Shown: positions 59,701-64,000 of the stretch, piece by piece
How positions within the stretch are numbered: position 1 is the stretch's first letter
Layout: the number at the start of each line of letters is the position of its first letter
Assembly: GCA_905178155.1 (NCBI GenBank)
Contig: CAJINV010000002.1
Span: 9,802,650 to 9,866,649 of the forward strand
DNA: 64,000 nucleotides
From: Amoebophrya sp. A120
Lineage: Eukaryota > Protista > Dinoflagellata
Direction of reading: 5' to 3'
Notes under the pieces: model-generated
Seen by the model: only the letters and a program-made list of their open reading frames with translations
Told to the model about the DNA's origin: nothing
Databases searched by the model: none
Made by a program: the position numbers and the translations under genes

Positions 59701-62700
59701 GAAAAATCAGAAGCTTTTTCCGCATTTGCTTCTACTTCACGTCGTACGGCCACGGGTCGTTCCGAGACAGAGTCCGGTCGACAACGTAGTAGTAAACAAG
59801 CTACAAGTAGTGCTGCAACCACGACCTCGAGCAGCAGTAGTTCTGAAAATTCTTACCTTGTCATACCGCCCACGTCGCTGAAGATATTCACCCTGATGGA
59901 CGGCGAGTCTGACATTGACGTGAACAACACGATTGTAAAAATCGAGTTTTTGACGCAAACCCGCGTGCAGCTTTCGCCGGTGATCATGCCGTGCCTGATG
60001 AACTTCGGGTTGGAAATGTCGGACGTTTTTCTGCGCGAAGATTTCGTTCTGGTCGATCTCAAGATGGGAGGTCAAAAAATTGTGCAACGTGGCACAAAGA
60101 CCCCGCTCTTTCTGCCAGACGTCTTCGTTGAGGATGAAAGCGAGGATGAAACCTCTACTGAAGATGAGCAAGCGTACAACGACGAAGCCGAAAAGTCGTG
60201 TGGCGATGATCCACGTCGTCCAGAGGAATCCGCGGGTCTTGGGCTGGGCGAGGAGGAAAACGATGCGAGAAGCAAGGAGAGAGATGGACTTGAAGATCGC
60301 CTCGCGGCACATGCGAACCTGCGCAGCATCGTGATCCAAGAGGCTCTGAAGCGGGGGGACCTCGACGAAAATACGCAGAGCGACCTGCTACGAGAGTTGC
60401 GCCGGCATTCCGTGAGCAGCAACGGAACACCGGGTGGCACGACCACGTCCAACAGCAGTAGTCGGGGAGGAGTTGTAGGACGTGCAGATACGACGGAGGA
60501 AATGGAAAATCGAAGGGGTAGCGGCGCTAGATCGATAAATGATGAAGACCATCTGGCACAGCGGCGGCGTGGTTCTACATGTTCCTACGAGACCAGCCGG
60601 ACGCTAAGCAGCAAGGGAAACGGAAATCCGAATGGCTCTAATAAACAGCGCTTCAGAAGAACTGGACAGAAAAGTAGGAAACCGCATGGCAAGCAGAAAA
60701 TGCGGCAATTGCTGTATGAGGGCATGCAGGAACAGCAAATCGGAGATGACGTCGAAATTGATGCAGAAAAGATAGAAAATCCAAATCACGGTCAGAAAAA
60801 GAACGACCCCGGGGGTAAAAAACGCGGAAAAGACCCATCTTACGAGGATGAGACGTCACTTTCACAACGTCGCGACGCGGCTACGCAGCACGACTTGTTG
60901 CACGATCGGATGGCAGGCACCGCTGAGGGAAAGATGAAGAGAAGCGCAGAGGATTCATTTGCAAAAAGTCTTCACGCGGCCAAGGAAGTTGGAACAAAGC
61001 CAGCAGGTCGGGCGGACAACGAAAGGAGCATGGCTGCACGAGCGTCAACGGGGACGCAGCAAACAGCTGCACACCAGGCTGCTCACCTGAAGTCGTCGGT
61101 TCTGAAACAAGAGCGGGACAAGTTTCACGACGAGATCCAGCAACGGCGGAAGAATGCCTTGAATTTCAAATTTGTGTCCCTGGATTTCTCGCAGCGCGCC
61201 TTCATCGTCCTTCAAGAACAGCGGGATCCGGTCGTGGAGTTGGCCGTAAAGACGAAGCAGCTCAGCGTCTCTATGTTCTCCAATCCGCAGGCGCCGCTGG
61301 TCACGGGAAGGATGAAGGTATAAGTTTTTCAATTTCACCATCATGATGATGTCTGAGGTTTTTAAAGTAATTTTTCTGTAGAATAGTTTTAGTTGTGGTA
61401 AACGTAAACCCCCTGCTTCCCGCATGCATGCTCATTGGTCGTGCGTGCGTAACGCGACGACCAAGGAGCCACCGATTCTCCACAATTACAACTCGACTAC
61501 AGGTAAGCAGCCGCCCCTGTCTGTTTTTCGACGTGCGCATGAAAAATCGGCGAAGCATGCGGTGGGAGCCGGTCATCGAGCCCACCAAGTTGAATTGGAG
61601 CTACACCTCGAGCATCGTGGGCTCCTCCTTAGTGTTGCACTTCAACGAGCTCCTGCTCTTCTCCTTCACGCCCTGCCTGCTCCGGCAGTTTTCCTGGTTC
61701 ATGCCTCACTGGTACGCGGGCTACGCGTACTACTCCAGAGTGAGCAGCGAGGCGAGTGAGTCTTCGCATGCAACCGTTCCACAAATCGCCGATGATGGCG
61801 CGCGCGCGCTCGAGGACTCGCCTCCTTGTCCATCTTCGCATGCCGAGAGCCAAGTCGCTGCAGGTGCTGAAGGGCAAGCAGCACCGGTAGCAGGTGTTTC
61901 TTGCTCCAAGGACGCGAAGTTGGTGGACTCGAGGATGGGTACTAAAGCCGACCTTGCTAGTGCTGCATCTTCCAGTGCTTCCGCTGCAGGGACGGAAATT
62001 AGATTGCCGTCCTCCACCCCATCTGAACATTCTGGTACGACAGCACAGAAAGCGGATACTCTACCCAGCGGCGACGTAGCAGTTGTGAGCTCGTCGCACA
62101 CCATGCCAGACCAGGATCATCACCTGGAGCTATCCCGGCAGCAGCTCCAGCAGGAGTTTTATGGTGTGAATCTCCTCGGGGAACCTTGCACGTTGATCTT
62201 CTACTCCGACGGCAAGCGCGTCTGCAGTTACCTCATGGAGCCCTCGTGCCCACGGACCATGAAAAAAATGAACAGAAGCAAAACGACACAAGAGCAGCAA
62301 CGCAATAATCGCCTCCCGGGTGGTGGTCTTGGCAGCAGTAGCAACGTCACTTCGCCGAAAGAACTAGACGCGGCGTCTCCGCTCCTGCTCGGGGAGATAG
62401 ATGGCGCCATGTCCTCTCGTCCCGAGTCTCCCACGAGCGGCGCTGGTACAACTTTCCAAAACAGCAATCCAGGTGTGATGTTTGCTGGTGCCAGAAATAA
62501 TCCTGAAATTTCTACTTCTATTCACGCGTTGGACAGTTTCATCATTCCTACGAACGCAGACGAAATTGCGATTCAGGTGCGTACTTTTGAGTCCAAGGTC
62601 AAACTGCAATTGTTTTCGGAAAATTTCGTAGAGGTCGTTCCGAATTTGATCTACGCCCAGTTGCACATGAAGAAAATTCTGATTTCCGGAAAGTTCCTGG

Positions 62701-63158
62701 TTCACAACTTCACCAGTTTGGGGCTGGGACTGTCAAAGCTGAGGTCCGGGGCGACAGTGTGGAGTAAGAACCACAACAGCTCAGGCTATGCGAGACCGTG
62801 TTTTTTCGGCTCGGGAGGCGGGACGCAGACCGGGGTCATTGGCCCCGGTTCGAAAAAGAATGTTGCGGTTTTGGAAGACATCAACCGAGACTATATTTTC
62901 CGCACGCCAACGGATTTTCATGTAGCCCGGAACTATCGGCAAGTGTACGACAGCGCGAGTGGGATGCTCCTGCAAGGCAACAGTTCTAGTTCCTTGACCG
63001 ATCATCTACTTCGAGACTTATTTGCTCGAACAGGAGGTATCCGTATCTCGTCAGGGGACGTAGAAACGAGCCGAACAAAAACGCAACCTGCTTCCGGTTT
63101 CCTGCGCAGTGGATATTTGAGAGAACGTAACAAGTTCAAGGGAGAAACCCAAAGCTGA
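53736..63158 (+). CDS. VPS13: VPS13-family (chorein-N) lipid transfer protein with many low-complexity insertions; 3' end uncertain
   Basis: N-terminus LIENLLKKVLDPFVENL..IELENLKLK..GIGKLRIEIPSWK (chorein-N), KGWFSGWF and WEPVIEP. Frame restored across elements 55634 and 55963 and GT-AG intron 61318-61502. Confidence 0.75.
55634..55890. mobile_element. Introner, family A
   Basis: DR TCAGA/TCAGA. Confidence 0.95.
55963..56284. mobile_element. Introner, family C
   Basis: DR ACCGA/ACCGA. Confidence 0.95.
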
Positions 63159-64000
63159 TAGAGCCCAAGTAGGTGCTACTCTCCACTGATACAGAAATGC
63201 CATAGGCTGGAGTTAGATCCGCGCTCTTGTGGTGATTCGAGACACACGAGGGCTGTCCCCCCCTGTTGTGTTGGCTGTGGTGCGGGGTCGTCCGCCCTCA
63301 CCACTCCTCTGACGCCAGTGCTGGTTGCACAGTCGCTTTTTTGGGGATTCTTGGCACAATGGCTTTGCCCAGTGTGTCCGGGGTTCCCTCATTGCGACCT
63401 CCCGTTGGGATGGCCTCTGCTCGATCACCTACAAGTGCTGCGTCCTGTATGAGAAACAGCGTGTACGCTGGCCCTCACTACTTTTACTCTCTCTGACAGT
63501 ACTGTCTGTACTGATTGTCAGGTTGTCTGCGTACCGCATTCACCTGCCTGTGGCACTATGCTCCGGTGGCAGTGTCACTTGTGTTCTGGTTGAACGCCCT
63601 GCTCTGCAGATTTACTCACTACAGGTTTGATTTGGCCTGCGTGGTGTGCGCTGGTGTGCTGGTAGTGTCGTCGTGGCCCTGTCCCGACGCTGATGATCAC
63701 TTGATGAACACGACTTCCGATCAGCACTCGCACTCACGACAGCAGGATGATTGACGGGCTTTTCCTGGCCTGTGTTGTTGCACAGTTCCTGGCGGTGCGC
63801 ATCATCATGCGGACTCTCTTCTAACGTCAGAGCGGTGGCGATGCTTTTTTCGTGGGCCAGCCCGTCTCGCACGACCGACGATGTGGTCAACGAGATTTTG
63901 CACGGAGACATCCCGGCACCATGGCGGGTGATGCGGGCGTTGGAGGAGTTATTGCAGTGTGGGGACACTTTTCCCGTCCCTCCGGTGCGCTGATCACTGT

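Noticed and set aside
1-64000. Dinoflagellate spliced-leader relics, tRNA or rRNA genes
   Set aside because: None recognised by eye; a tool scan was not possible.
63159-64000. Continuation of VPS13
   Set aside because: The typical C-terminal domains seem to be missing, but I could not identify a further exon in the window.

Overview
Eukaryotic genomic DNA, most likely from a syndinian dinoflagellate parasite (Amoebophrya-like). That assignment is inferred from the TIR/direct-repeat introner introns and the one-strand gene arrangement. I reconstructed 12 protein-coding genes, all on the + strand: the 3' part of MSH2, an ShKT/mucin protein ending KEEL, three hypothetical proteins, a WDR62/MAPKBP1-like WD40 protein, a VPS13-like protein, four clustered paralogous secreted proteins with a stonustoxin-like MACPF/CDC pore-forming domain (29.1-52.2 kb), and a 76-aa Lys/Met-rich basic protein inside that cluster that the ORF track misses. 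The coding sequences are interrupted by 33 MITE-like elements (116-376 bp, plus one copy cut by the window edge) from several TIR families. Nearly all end TAT...ATA and are flanked by 5-bp direct repeats. In every complete copy, removing the element plus 5 nt restores the reading frame, so they appear to act as non-canonical introns. No transposase, rRNA, tRNA or CRISPR array was seen. All family assignments are by eye, without database searches.
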